Assembly: GCA_028277795.1 (NCBI GenBank)
Contig: JANQFP010000252.1
Location: 22,490 to 86,489 of the forward strand
DNA: 64,000 bases
From: Rhodospirillales bacterium
Lineage (GTDB): Bacteria > Pseudomonadota > Alphaproteobacteria > Rhodospirillales > JANQFP01
Direction: 5' to 3'
Under the pieces are notes generated by a model. The model was given only the letters and a program-made list of their open reading frames with translations. It was not told the DNA's origin and did not search any database. The position numbers and the translations under genes were made by a program. Below, piece by piece: positions 19,839-27,953 of this stretch (its first letter is position 1; every line of letters starts with the position of its first letter).

Positions 19839-20462
19839 ATGCCCACAAATGGACAGGTCCAGCGGGAAGAGGAGTGGCTTGCGGCCAGCACGCACTTCGT
19901 TCCCTTTGAGCAGAGTAGTAGCGCCGTGGAAGGGTCTCCGGCACGCAGCTCAAAGGGTCTACAGCTCGGAATCGGCCCCGATTGGGCAAGGGGTCCGGGA
20001 AATGTAGATCGAGCCACCACAGCGGTTCGTGACTCCTTAAGGGAGACCGAGAGAAGCGAAGCTCGAAATCGATTTGTCGCGTTACCTTTGCCAGAGGAGG
20101 GAAGTTTTTCGGGCCGAGTGACGGCCCCCGTCCGGTTCTTCGCTAGAGTTCTAGAAGTTTGGGGACTGGATCGCAGCGCCGCGGCAAAGCTGCTCGGGTA
20201 CGAAGATGATCGTCTGGCACATGAACTCTTGTCCGGCGCCGCAAGCCTGCGAACCCGGGACGCCAAAGACAGGATACGCCACGTTTTCGTAATTAGGGAG
20301 GCCCTGCACCAGTTGTTCCGGGACGAACGTGTTGAAAGGGAGTGGCTTCGGGAACCGCGCCCCGAACTGAACAACAACACTCCCATCCAGCTCCTTCTGG
20401 AAGGATCGATGGAAAACATGTTGCTTGTTCGGCAACTCGTGGAGTGGATGGTGGGCCGGTAA
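19839..20462 (+). CDS. Xre/MbcA/ParS-family antitoxin (DUF2384 toxin-binding domain)
   Basis: C-terminal WLREPRPELNNNTPIQLLLEGSMENMLLVRQLVEWMVGR fits the DUF2384 pattern. Immediately precedes a RES-domain gene. Confidence 0.75.
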   Translation: MPTNGQVQREEEWLAASTHFVPFEQSSSAVEGSPARSSKGLQLGIGPDWARGPGNVDRATTAVRDSLRETERSEARNRFVALPLPEEGSFSGRVTAPVRFFARVLEVWGLDRSAAAKLLGYEDDRLAHELLSGAASLRTRDAKDRIRHVFVIREALHQLFRDERVEREWLREPRPELNNNTPIQLLLEGSMENMLLVRQLVEWMVGR

Positions 20463-20466
20463 CATC

Positions 20467-21111
20467 GTGCTTGAGCAAGTCGTCCCGCTGGAAGTGTCTG
20501 AAACTGTTTTCAGGTTTGCGAACCGACCTAAGCACGCCAAGTTTCTCGAAGACATGGACTTCGATCCCGATGACCAGGAGGAAATCCTCTCCTTCGTCGA
20601 GTCGATCCACGCCAAGTCCGACCTCCAAGACCTCTTGGACGGCCCGTTCGCGCGCAAGCCCGTGCTGGAGACAGCCCGAGCCCGCCAATCCCGCTTCTCG
20701 GATGGTCGTCTCCGTATCTTCTATAGCTCGCTTGAGCTCGAGACCGCGAAGGCGGAGACGTTCCACTGGTACGCAAAAGCGGCGCTCGCAAGTGGATCAG
20801 CGGCAAGGACCGTCTATTATGAAAGGTTCCATTGCCGATTTCAGGGAACAGCATGGGACCTGCGCCTGCAGGCCTCCGAATGGTCCTTTCTCGCCGATCC
20901 CGACGAGAGTGCCTATCCGCACTGTCAGCACGTCGCTGCGGAGGCCGTCGCCGCCGAACTGGACGGCTTGCTGACACCATCGGCGCGAAATACGAACGGA
21001 ACCAATGCACCGGTTTTCAGCCGGACGGCGCTCTCGGAACCGCAAGTCCTCGGTTACACGGCCTTCTCATCGGACCCCGACAGCGGGCGGATAAGGGCGG
21101 TGGACAGGTGA
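20467..21111 (+). CDS. RES-domain toxin (NAD+-targeting MbcT/ParT-like family)
   Basis: R...Y/E...S pattern (SRFSDGRLRIFYSSLELETAKAE ... LTPSARNTNGTNAPVFS). GTG start 4 nt after the antitoxin stop (the track ORF starts at TTG 20425). Confidence 0.75.
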   Translation: MLEQVVPLEVSETVFRFANRPKHAKFLEDMDFDPDDQEEILSFVESIHAKSDLQDLLDGPFARKPVLETARARQSRFSDGRLRIFYSSLELETAKAETFHWYAKAALASGSAARTVYYERFHCRFQGTAWDLRLQASEWSFLADPDESAYPHCQHVAAEAVAAELDGLLTPSARNTNGTNAPVFSRTALSEPQVLGYTAFSSDPDSGRIRAVDR

Positions 21112-21169
21112 CGCCAGAGTCCACTTCACCTCAACAGTGACGCTCACCGTCGAGAGTAGGCTTCGGACC

Positions 21170-21784
21170 ATGAAGGCGCCGCCCTGGGATCAACGCATCG
21201 CCCGGACCCTGGTTCGGCCCCTCGCCGGCACGCCGGTGACGCCCAACCATGTCACCGTGCTCACCATCGTCCTGGCCCTGACCGGCGCCGGATTGCTGGC
21301 GGTCGGCGATCCCGTTCTCGCCAACTGGGGCGCCGGCCTGTTCGTGCTCGCCCGCTTCATGGACCACCTGGACGGCGAGCTGGCCCGGCAGACCGGACGC
21401 ACCTCGCGGGTCGGCTACTACCTGGATTACGGGGCCGGAGGACTGAGCTACGCCGCCCTGTTCCTCTGCATCGGCATCGGCTTCCGCGACGGCGCGCTGG
21501 GCCCGTGGGCCATCGCCCTGGGGGTGGCCGGCGCCGCCTCCGCCGTCGTCTCGCTGTTCCTGAATCTCGGCATCGACCGAGCCCAGAAGCGGAGGCAGGG
21601 CACCGAAGGCGACGCCGTCGGCTACCCCGGGTTCGCCGGCTTCGAGCTGGAGGACGGGATCTATCTGCTGGCGCCGGTGACCTGGCTCGGCTGGCTGGAG
21701 CCCTTCTTCGTCGCCGCCGCCATCGGGGCCGTGGTCTACACCTTGTGGAGCGTGGGGCGTCTGGCCCTGGTGCGCCGCCGGTAG
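21170..21784 (+). CDS. CDP-alcohol phosphatidyltransferase-family membrane protein (motif variant lacking the last Asp)
   Basis: DHLDGELARQTGRTSRVGYYLDYGAG matches DGxxAR-x8-G-x3-D, but the final conserved D is G. Multi-TM. Paralogue of the convergent gene. Start could be GTG 21137. Confidence 0.75.
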   Translation: MKAPPWDQRIARTLVRPLAGTPVTPNHVTVLTIVLALTGAGLLAVGDPVLANWGAGLFVLARFMDHLDGELARQTGRTSRVGYYLDYGAGGLSYAALFLCIGIGFRDGALGPWAIALGVAGAASAVVSLFLNLGIDRAQKRRQGTEGDAVGYPGFAGFELEDGIYLLAPVTWLGWLEPFFVAAAIGAVVYTLWSVGRLALVRRR

Positions 21785-22362
21785 AGGATCGCCGCGAACA
21801 GCAGCGCGAAGGCCGGCGCGCCGATGGTCGCCGCCCACAGGAGCGGCAGGGACCAGCCCAGCCACACCGCCACCGGCACCGCCAGCACGGCGTCGTCCGG
21901 GTCGAATCCGGCGAAGCTGCCCAGCTCGGCGGCCCGCTCGCCGCCCAGGGCCTCCATGCGGACCGTCATCCACAGCACCGCGGCAATGGCGCCGCCGGCC
22001 AGGACGCCCATGGGGATGGCCCACATCCCCAGTTCGCTGCTTCCGAGGCCGATCCCGAGGCCGACGAAGGCCAAGGCGTTGGACAACGCGTCGGCCCACA
22101 GGTCGTAGACGTGGCCCCGGGCCGACGTGCGGCCGGTGGCGCGGGCCAGTTCGCCGTCCGCCCGGTCGAGCACCATCGACACCACGAACACGGCGCCGCC
22201 CACGTGGATCCACGGGGCCGCGCCGGTGGCCAGAAAGGCCGCCGCCGCCAGCCCGCCGGCCAGCCGCAGGGTGGTGAGCTGGTTGGGGGTCACCGGCGTC
22301 GCCGCCAGGGGGCGGACGATGGCGACGCGGGCCAAGCGGTGAATCCAGGTGTTGTGGCTCAC
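21736..22362 (-). CDS. CDP-alcohol phosphatidyltransferase-family membrane protein (complete motif)
   Basis: DRADGELARATGRTSARGHVYDLWAD gives the full DGxxAR-x8-G-x3-D-x3-D motif. GTG start at 22362 overlaps the ppd stop (GTGA). Only the C-terminal part of track ORF 21736-22854 is considered coding. Confidence 0.8.
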   Translation of the reverse strand: MSHNTWIHRLARVAIVRPLAATPVTPNQLTTLRLAGGLAAAAFLATGAAPWIHVGGAVFVVSMVLDRADGELARATGRTSARGHVYDLWADALSNALAFVGLGIGLGSSELGMWAIPMGVLAGGAIAAVLWMTVRMEALGGERAAELGSFAGFDPDDAVLAVPVAVWLGWSLPLLWAATIGAPAFALLFAAILYRRRTRARRPTLHKV

Positions 22363-23507
22363 GGCGCCGCCCCGTCGGCGAGGAAGGCCCGGAAGCGCCG
22401 CGCCACCTCGGACGGATGCACCGTCGGCCGGCCGAGCCCGGACATGGAGCCGGGCGCGATGCGCATGTGCACCAGGGCCGGCCCGGCGGCGCCGAGGGCG
22501 TCGGACACGGCCGACGAGAAGCCGTCCGCGGAATCGCAGACCGCCGCCCGGGAGTATCCGCAGGCGAGCGCGGCGCCGGCGAAGTCCACCGCCGCCGACA
22601 CGGTCGGCTGACCGCCGGTCGAATCGTAGGTGCCGTTGTCGAGCACCACGTGGAGGAGGTTCTTTGGCGCATAGGCGCCGATGGTGGCCAGGGTCCCCAT
22701 TTTCATCAGTGCCGCCCCGTCGCCGTCGACCACCACCACCGGGCGGTCCACCCCCAGCGCCACGCCCAGCCCCATGCCCGCCGCACAGCCCATGGAGCCC
22801 ACCTGATAGAGATGCTGCGGGCGGTCGGCAAGGGTGAACAGCTCGCGGCCGCATTTGCCGGTGGTGGCGATCACCGCCGCCGCCTCGGGCAGAGCCTCCA
22901 GCAGGCGCTCCAGCACCGCCATGCGGGCCGGCGGGGCCCCACCCTCCTCCAGGTCCCGGCGAACCCCGGTCGGCCGCGGCCCGGGCGCCAGGGCGTCCAG
23001 CGCGGTCTCGGCCACGTCGCCCTTCTCCATGATGAAGGCGAAGGGCAGGCCGGTGTCCTGCATGCGTTCCGTGGCCTCGGACAGGGCACCGGCCACGTCT
23101 TCGGCGGCCTTGGGGAACGGCCGGTGGGGAACCCGGATGGTGTCCAGCAGGGCCGGGGTGATCTGCCCCATGAGCTCGTGCTGGGGCTCGTCCTCGAGGC
23201 CGGGGCCGCCCCGCCAGGTGACCACCAACAGCGTCGGGATTCGGAACGGAAAATTTAAAGAAGTTAGTGGGTTAACGGCGTTTCCTAAACCGGAATTCTG
23301 ACACATGACGACGCTGTCGCGGCCCGTCAGCCAAGCGCCGGCGGCGATGGCCACCGCCTCGCCCTCGCTGGCCGCGGCCACGTAGGTCAGGGACCGGTCG
23401 CCGAGGGTGCCGTTGATGATGGGGGTAAGGAACGAGCACGGCACGCCGGTGAAGAACTGCAGGCCGGCGGCGCGCGCCGGCCCCAGAAAGGCGTCGGCGT
23501 CGATCAC
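22359..23507 (-). CDS. aepY: phosphonopyruvate decarboxylase
   Basis: ThDP enzyme: N-terminal [11 protein letters not shown] ... [13 protein letters not shown] and ThDP motif [34 protein letters not shown] 23507 overlaps the upstream stop (GTGA). It is the C-terminal 382 aa of track ORF 22359-24950. Confidence 0.85.
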   Translation of the reverse strand: MIDADAFLGPARAAGLQFFTGVPCSFLTPIINGTLGDRSLTYVAAASEGEAVAIAAGAWLTGRDSVVMCQNSGLGNAVNPLTSLNFPFRIPTLLVVTWRGGPGLEDEPQHELMGQITPALLDTIRVPHRPFPKAAEDVAGALSEATERMQDTGLPFAFIMEKGDVAETALDALAPGPRPTGVRRDLEEGGAPPARMAVLERLLEALPEAAAVIATTGKCGRELFTLADRPQHLYQVGSMGCAAGMGLGVALGVDRPVVVVDGDGAALMKMGTLATIGAYAPKNLLHVVLDNGTYDSTGGQPTVSAAVDFAGAALACGYSRAAVCDSADGFSSAVSDALGAAGPALVHMRIAPGSMSGLGRPTVHPSEVARRFRAFLADGAAP

Positions 23508-25225
23508 AGGAACTGGCCCGCGTGCACCAGGTCGGCGGCGTCGTCCACGTCCAGCCACTGGCCGGCCACATACAGCACCCGCACCGTCGTCTCGCCGCCC
23601 GCGGCCAGACGGCTGAACAGGTCGAGCAGGCTGGCCTTGGGCAGGGTCCCGTCGGCGGCCATGGCCTCGATGACGCCGCGCACGGCCGCGCAGCCGCGGT
23701 CGCTGAGGCGGGCCAGGCCCACCCATTCGCCGTGGGCGCGGTCCGGGGGCACGTCGTTGCCCATGCGCACCAGGGTGACCGGGTCGTCGTCCAAATAGCT
23801 GCCGGAGAAGGGCCGCGAGCACACCGCCAGGTCGCGCACCGGGTCGGATCCGCTGACCGCGCGTTGGCGCCACAACGCATCCACGGCCACCACGACGTCG
23901 CCGTCGGCCGCCATCAGCTGGTCCAGGTAGTGGTGGCGGAACAGGATGTCGCCGTAGGCGATGACGCAATCGCCCTGCAGGTGGTCGGCGGCACAGGCCA
24001 GGCTCGCCGCCTCGCCGGTGACCGCGTAGAGGTCGTTGTCCACGGTGCGGATGGACGGCAGGTTGATCATCTCCTTGCGGTAGCCGCGGACGACGGTGAC
24101 CTCGCCCACGCCCCCCTCGCGCAGGGTGGCGATGAGGCGGCGCAGCAGCGGCTCGCCGCGCACGTCGATCATGCACTTGGGGCGGTCGGCGGTAAGCGGC
24201 CCCAGGGCGGCGCCGCGGGACGCCGCCAGCAGCACGGCGCGCCGCTCCGGCGGCCCCGAGGACGGCAGGTAGCGGCGCTCGGCCTCGGCCAGCTCGTCGT
24301 TGCCGGCCAGCTCGAAGACCTCGCCGACGCTGGCCACCTGGCCCTCCACGCCGACCAGGCTCTCCTCGCGCTGGATGCGGCGCGACACCTCGCGCATGGC
24401 AGTGATGGCGGCGCGCAGGTTGTGATTGGCCCAGATGGCCACCGAGAACCCGGCCTGGCGGAACACCGAGGTGGGCGTCGTGTGGTACTTGGTGGGCACG
24501 ATGACCACCGGCGCCCGGTCCCCCCACGCACCCTTGAAGGCCAGCACCTCGTCGGCGGTGGGCATCTTGGAGTGGATCAGCAGGGCGTCGGCGCCGGCGG
24601 CGTGGTAGGCCTCGGCCCGGCGCAGGGCCTCGTCCAGCCCCCAGCCCGAGATCAGCGCCTCGATGCGGGCCACAAGGCAGAAGTCGGGGTCCGTCTGGCT
24701 GTCCTTGCCGGCCTTGATCTTGCCGCAGAACTCGTCGATGTCGGCCAGGGGCTGGCCCTCGCCGATGAACGAGTTGGTCTTGGGGAACAGCTTGTCCTCG
24801 ATGCAGATGCCGCCGATGCCCCGCTGGCACAGTTTGGCCACGGCCCGGCGCACGTTGTTGAAGTTGCCCCAGCCGGTGTCCCCGTCCACCAGGATGGGGA
24901 TGGAGGTGGCGTCGGCCATGAACTCCAGGACCTCCAGCACCTGGGTCCACGACGCCTCGTTGTTGTCGCGCACCCCCAGGGCGGTGGCGATGGACAGCCC
25001 CGATGCCCAGATGCCCTTGAACCCCGCCTCCTCGACGATCTTGGCCGACATGCCGTCGTGGGCCTCCATCAGGAACTCGAGGCGCGGAGACCGCAACAGG
25101 GCGGCGAGGCGGGCGGCCTTGGTGATTTCGGCGGGCTCGGCGGCGCCGAGGGGACGGAGGGGTGTGGTCATGGCGGTGCGGGCAGGACGGGGTTGAACGC
25201 GGACCGGCAGGTCGTTTAGTTTCAC
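23504..25225 (-). CDS. aepX: phosphoenolpyruvate phosphomutase fused to a C-terminal nucleotidyltransferase (cytidylyltransferase-like) domain
   Basis: Ppm-diagnostic EDKxxxxxNS motif ([10 protein letters not shown]) within an isocitrate-lyase/PEP-mutase fold. C-terminal ~270 aa has an NTP-transferase pattern ([25 protein letters not shown]). The start may instead be ATG 25171. Confidence 0.85.
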   Translation of the reverse strand: MKLNDLPVRVQPRPARTAMTTPLRPLGAAEPAEITKAARLAALLRSPRLEFLMEAHDGMSAKIVEEAGFKGIWASGLSIATALGVRDNNEASWTQVLEVLEFMADATSIPILVDGDTGWGNFNNVRRAVAKLCQRGIGGICIEDKLFPKTNSFIGEGQPLADIDEFCGKIKAGKDSQTDPDFCLVARIEALISGWGLDEALRRAEAYHAAGADALLIHSKMPTADEVLAFKGAWGDRAPVVIVPTKYHTTPTSVFRQAGFSVAIWANHNLRAAITAMREVSRRIQREESLVGVEGQVASVGEVFELAGNDELAEAERRYLPSSGPPERRAVLLAASRGAALGPLTADRPKCMIDVRGEPLLRRLIATLREGGVGEVTVVRGYRKEMINLPSIRTVDNDLYAVTGEAASLACAADHLQGDCVIAYGDILFRHHYLDQLMAADGDVVVAVDALWRQRAVSGSDPVRDLAVCSRPFSGSYLDDDPVTLVRMGNDVPPDRAHGEWVGLARLSDRGCAAVRGVIEAMAADGTLPKASLLDLFSRLAAGGETTVRVLYVAGQWLDVDDAADLVHAGQFL

Positions 25226-25305
25226 GCGGCTGTCATTATATCAACACGAAAGTGCAACAAAAGCGTCGCCGTGCCGGCGGCCGAACAAGGGTTTTCAGTT
25301 CCGCC

Positions 25306-26064
25306 ATGCTCCGCACTCCCGTGCTCACCGAGCCGCAGATCGAGGCCTTCCGCGACACCGGCTATCTGGTCGTGCGCGGCGCCTTCGACGCCGCCGAAAT
25401 GACCCGAGTCGACGCCTGGGCCCGAGAGATCGCCGCCTGGCCCGAGGTCTCGGGCCGCCACTGGGTGTTCCACGAGAAAAGCCGCAAGGGCGACGACGCC
25501 GACCTCATCTGCCGCATCGAGAAGCTGTCGCCGTTCCACGACGGCTTTGCCGAGCTGAGCCGGGTGCTGGAGGGCCCCGTGGGCCAGCTCATGGGCGAGC
25601 CGGCGGTGCTGTTCAAGGAGAAGATCAACTTCAAGATGCCGGGCGGCGACGGCTTCAAGCCCCACCAGGATTCCCAGGCCGGCTGGGACGCCTACGCCGA
25701 GTTCTTCGTCAGCGCCCTGGTGTGCATCGACGAGGCGACGCCGGAGAACGGCTGCCTGCAGATGGTGTCGGGCCACCACCGGCGCGGGCTGTTCCGCTCA
25801 TGGGAGCCGCTGACCGACGAGGACATGGCGGGCATGGACTTCGTCGACTGCCCGACCAGGCCCGGCGACATCGTGTTCTTCGACTGCTACGCGCCCCACG
25901 GCTCCCAGCCCAACATGAGCGACCAGACCCGGCGCATCTACTTCGCCACCTACAACAAGGCCTCCGAGGGCGACCACATGGCCCGGTACTACGCCGACAA
26001 GCACAAGACCTATCCCCCCGACATCGACCGCGAGCCGGACAAGGAGTACGTGTTCCGGGTGTAG
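25306..26064 (+). CDS. PhyH-family Fe(II)/2-oxoglutarate dioxygenase
   Basis: HxD facial-triad motif (KPHQDS), distal His (APHGSQPN) and Arg (RRIY). Divergent from the ppm operon. Confidence 0.8.
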   Translation: MLRTPVLTEPQIEAFRDTGYLVVRGAFDAAEMTRVDAWAREIAAWPEVSGRHWVFHEKSRKGDDADLICRIEKLSPFHDGFAELSRVLEGPVGQLMGEPAVLFKEKINFKMPGGDGFKPHQDSQAGWDAYAEFFVSALVCIDEATPENGCLQMVSGHHRRGLFRSWEPLTDEDMAGMDFVDCPTRPGDIVFFDCYAPHGSQPNMSDQTRRIYFATYNKASEGDHMARYYADKHKTYPPDIDREPDKEYVFRV

Positions 26065-26089
26065 GCGCCGGCGCCTGGGCGGTTCGGGC

Positions 26090-26479
26090 TTAGAGGGCCG
26101 CCGGGAGATCGGTGGCGGAGAAGTCCGTCCCTTTGAACAGCAGCGGCGCGCCGGTGGCCTTGGCCAGCGCGTAGGCGAAGCAGTTACCGAAGTTCAGGGC
26201 GGCTCGGTGGCGGCCTTTGCCGTAATCGAGATAGGCTTGGCGCGCGATTCGCACGTGCTCCGGGGACACCGGCACCACCGTCAAGCGCGCCCGATCGACG
26301 AACGCGTCGAGCTGGCGTCCGGCGGCGGCACCGAGCTGGCTGTCGATGACGATGGCCGTTTCGAGAAGGTTCGCCGCCGAGATGACCGGACGCTCGGCCG
26401 CCGCGATGGCCGCCGCATAGGCCGGCCCGTCGGGCTCGGCGAACAGGATCGCCAACAGGGCGGAGGTGTCGATCACCAT
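26090..26479 (-). CDS. vapC: type II toxin VapC (PIN-domain ribonuclease)
   Basis: MVIDTSALLAIL ... start typical of PIN toxins, with conserved acidic residues. 129 aa, directly downstream of the antitoxin. Confidence 0.85.
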   Translation of the reverse strand: MVIDTSALLAILFAEPDGPAYAAAIAAAERPVISAANLLETAIVIDSQLGAAAGRQLDAFVDRARLTVVPVSPEHVRIARQAYLDYGKGRHRAALNFGNCFAYALAKATGAPLLFKGTDFSATDLPAAL

Positions 26480-26490
26480 CGATGCCCCCG

Positions 26491-26742
26491 TCAGCGCGGC
26501 AGGCCGCGGTCGTCGTACAGAAGCTCGTCGTGGCTCCGCGTGTCGGCGCGGCCGTGGGCGGCGCAGCGCCGTCCGATCTCCATCAGGTCGCGGGCCAAGG
26601 CGTCGCGCTCGCGGTGCCGGCGCTCCCGTTGCAGCCGCTCGCGGATGGCCTCGGTCACGCACTTGGTAATGCTTTCGCCGGTCAGCCGCGCGAGTTCCAC
26701 GGCCAGGGCATGGGCCTCCGGGGCTTTGATATTCAGGCTCAT
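26491..26742 (-). CDS. vapB: type II antitoxin VapB-family
   Basis: 83-aa ORF MSLNIKAPEAHALAVELARLTGESITKCVTEAIRERL, typical of VapB/FitA-like antitoxins. 11 nt upstream of vapC. Confidence 0.8.
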   Translation of the reverse strand: MSLNIKAPEAHALAVELARLTGESITKCVTEAIRERLQRERRHRERDALARDLMEIGRRCAAHGRADTRSHDELLYDDRGLPR

Positions 26743-26928
26743 GGTAGAAAAGCACCGTGTTTGTCTAGCCTTCTATAAACCTACGGCCGAATGGCGGTCG
26801 TTTCAAGGTCCCCACAGGGCCCGAAAGGCTACGATCGGAGTCCCCCGAGGCACGGCCGAATTGATCTTGCACGGCGCGCCAAAGGTCGGCCAGCATGGGT
26901 CCGCCAACCGCCGGAGACGGAGACCAAG

Positions 26929-27231
26929 ATGGAGAACCTGGACGGCACTCAACCGCCAAAGGAGTTTGGCCCCCAGGCATCCCTGCTGAAGCGGTGGGTC
27001 CTGGGCGGCATCTGCATCGTGCTGGTTCTCGCGTTCCTGTGGTTCGTGGCCACTCAGCTCGGCGACGGCCAAGGCTGCGAGGGTTGCATGTCCTTCCGCG
27101 GCGGCGAGTCCGACGGGCCACCCATCTGGATGTTCGCCCTCGGCACCCTCCTTGTCGTCGCCGTTGCCTTGGCGGCGCCGGTCCTCGCAAGACTGGGCAT
27201 GAAGTCTGGCGCCGAGTCCGACGACACCTGA
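26929..27231 (+). CDS. hypothetical small membrane protein (weak call)
   Basis: ~100 aa with two hydrophobic helices. Internal ATG of track ORF 26791-27231. No family recognised. Confidence 0.3.
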   Translation: MENLDGTQPPKEFGPQASLLKRWVLGGICIVLVLAFLWFVATQLGDGQGCEGCMSFRGGESDGPPIWMFALGTLLVVAVALAAPVLARLGMKSGAESDDT

Positions 27232-27308
27232 GCCGGCGTCTGGACGGCAGCCGAGGCCGTGGTCGAAGCCTCGCGAAGTTCGGATGCCAACGTTGACGGA
27301 TTGACAGA

Positions 27309-27893
27309 ATGAGTCCGCGACCAATCGTATCGTTGATTTGGCAAGGCCCTATCGGTGTCGGCAATCTTCCTGGGCTGGAGGGCCAGAAGGATTTGGTCGG
27401 ACCGCATATCTACGTCATATGCCAACATTACGCGAATCACACGACCGTCTATGTGGGCCAATCCAAGACTTTCTTGAATAGGCTTTGGCAGCATTATCTA
27501 AATTTCTTGGGGCTTCATTATCTTATTCGGGACGAAGACGGCGAACATGTCTATGATCCACGTAATGACGACATGTTTGAAAAGCTCAATAATCTGAAAG
27601 AGTTTTTCAGTTTTATTGTCAATGACGTGAGCAGGACGAGGATATTTTACGCAAAGTGTGCGCCAAAGGCCTTGGATCCAGTTGAAAGTACATTGATTGA
27701 CCACGCCTTTACAAATTTTCCGTACGAATCAAACGACAAGAAATATCGGTGTGACAATACTCGTCGTCAAAACTATGGAGACGATGACACACCAATAACC
27801 ATTGATATGAAATACGAGAGATTGGAGGATAATGGTAAAGTCGTGCTCAAAGAAATATTCGGCGAGCAAGTAAAGTGCAAATTTGACGCTTAG
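27309..27893 (+). CDS. GIY-YIG nuclease-domain protein (orphan)
   Basis: HIYVICQHYANHTTVYVGQSKTFLNRLWQH fits GIY-x10-YxG ... R ... H, and the downstream VESTLID supplies the conserved Glu. Lies in a visibly AT-rich ~650-bp islet. Confidence 0.6.
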   Translation: MSPRPIVSLIWQGPIGVGNLPGLEGQKDLVGPHIYVICQHYANHTTVYVGQSKTFLNRLWQHYLNFLGLHYLIRDEDGEHVYDPRNDDMFEKLNNLKEFFSFIVNDVSRTRIFYAKCAPKALDPVESTLIDHAFTNFPYESNDKKYRCDNTRRQNYGDDDTPITIDMKYERLEDNGKVVLKEIFGEQVKCKFDA

Positions 27894-27953
27894 TATTTTC
27901 CAATCCGTCGGGGTTTGCCCCACGAATTTCGAAAGGTCGACCGCACGAGCTGA

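Noticed and set aside
21131-22854. 513-aa and 372-aa minus-strand ORFs covering the two CDP-alcohol transferase genes
   Set aside because: The 513-aa ORF is a shadow. For the 372-aa ORF, only the last ~208 aa (from GTG 22362) are credible. The upstream part overlaps ppd out of frame.
22359-24950. 863-aa single ORF spanning ppd and most of ppm
   Set aside because: Only the C-terminal 382 aa (from GTG 23507) look like a real protein, phosphonopyruvate decarboxylase. The N-terminal ~480 aa are an out-of-frame read of the ppm-nucleotidyltransferase gene and are Arg/Pro/Gly junk.
26064-26090. Palindrome AGGCGCCGGCGCCT between the convergent PhyH and vapC genes as a bidirectional terminator
   Set aside because: It is a short GC palindrome with no loop and no flanking T or A tracts, and such palindromes are common by chance in high-G+C DNA.
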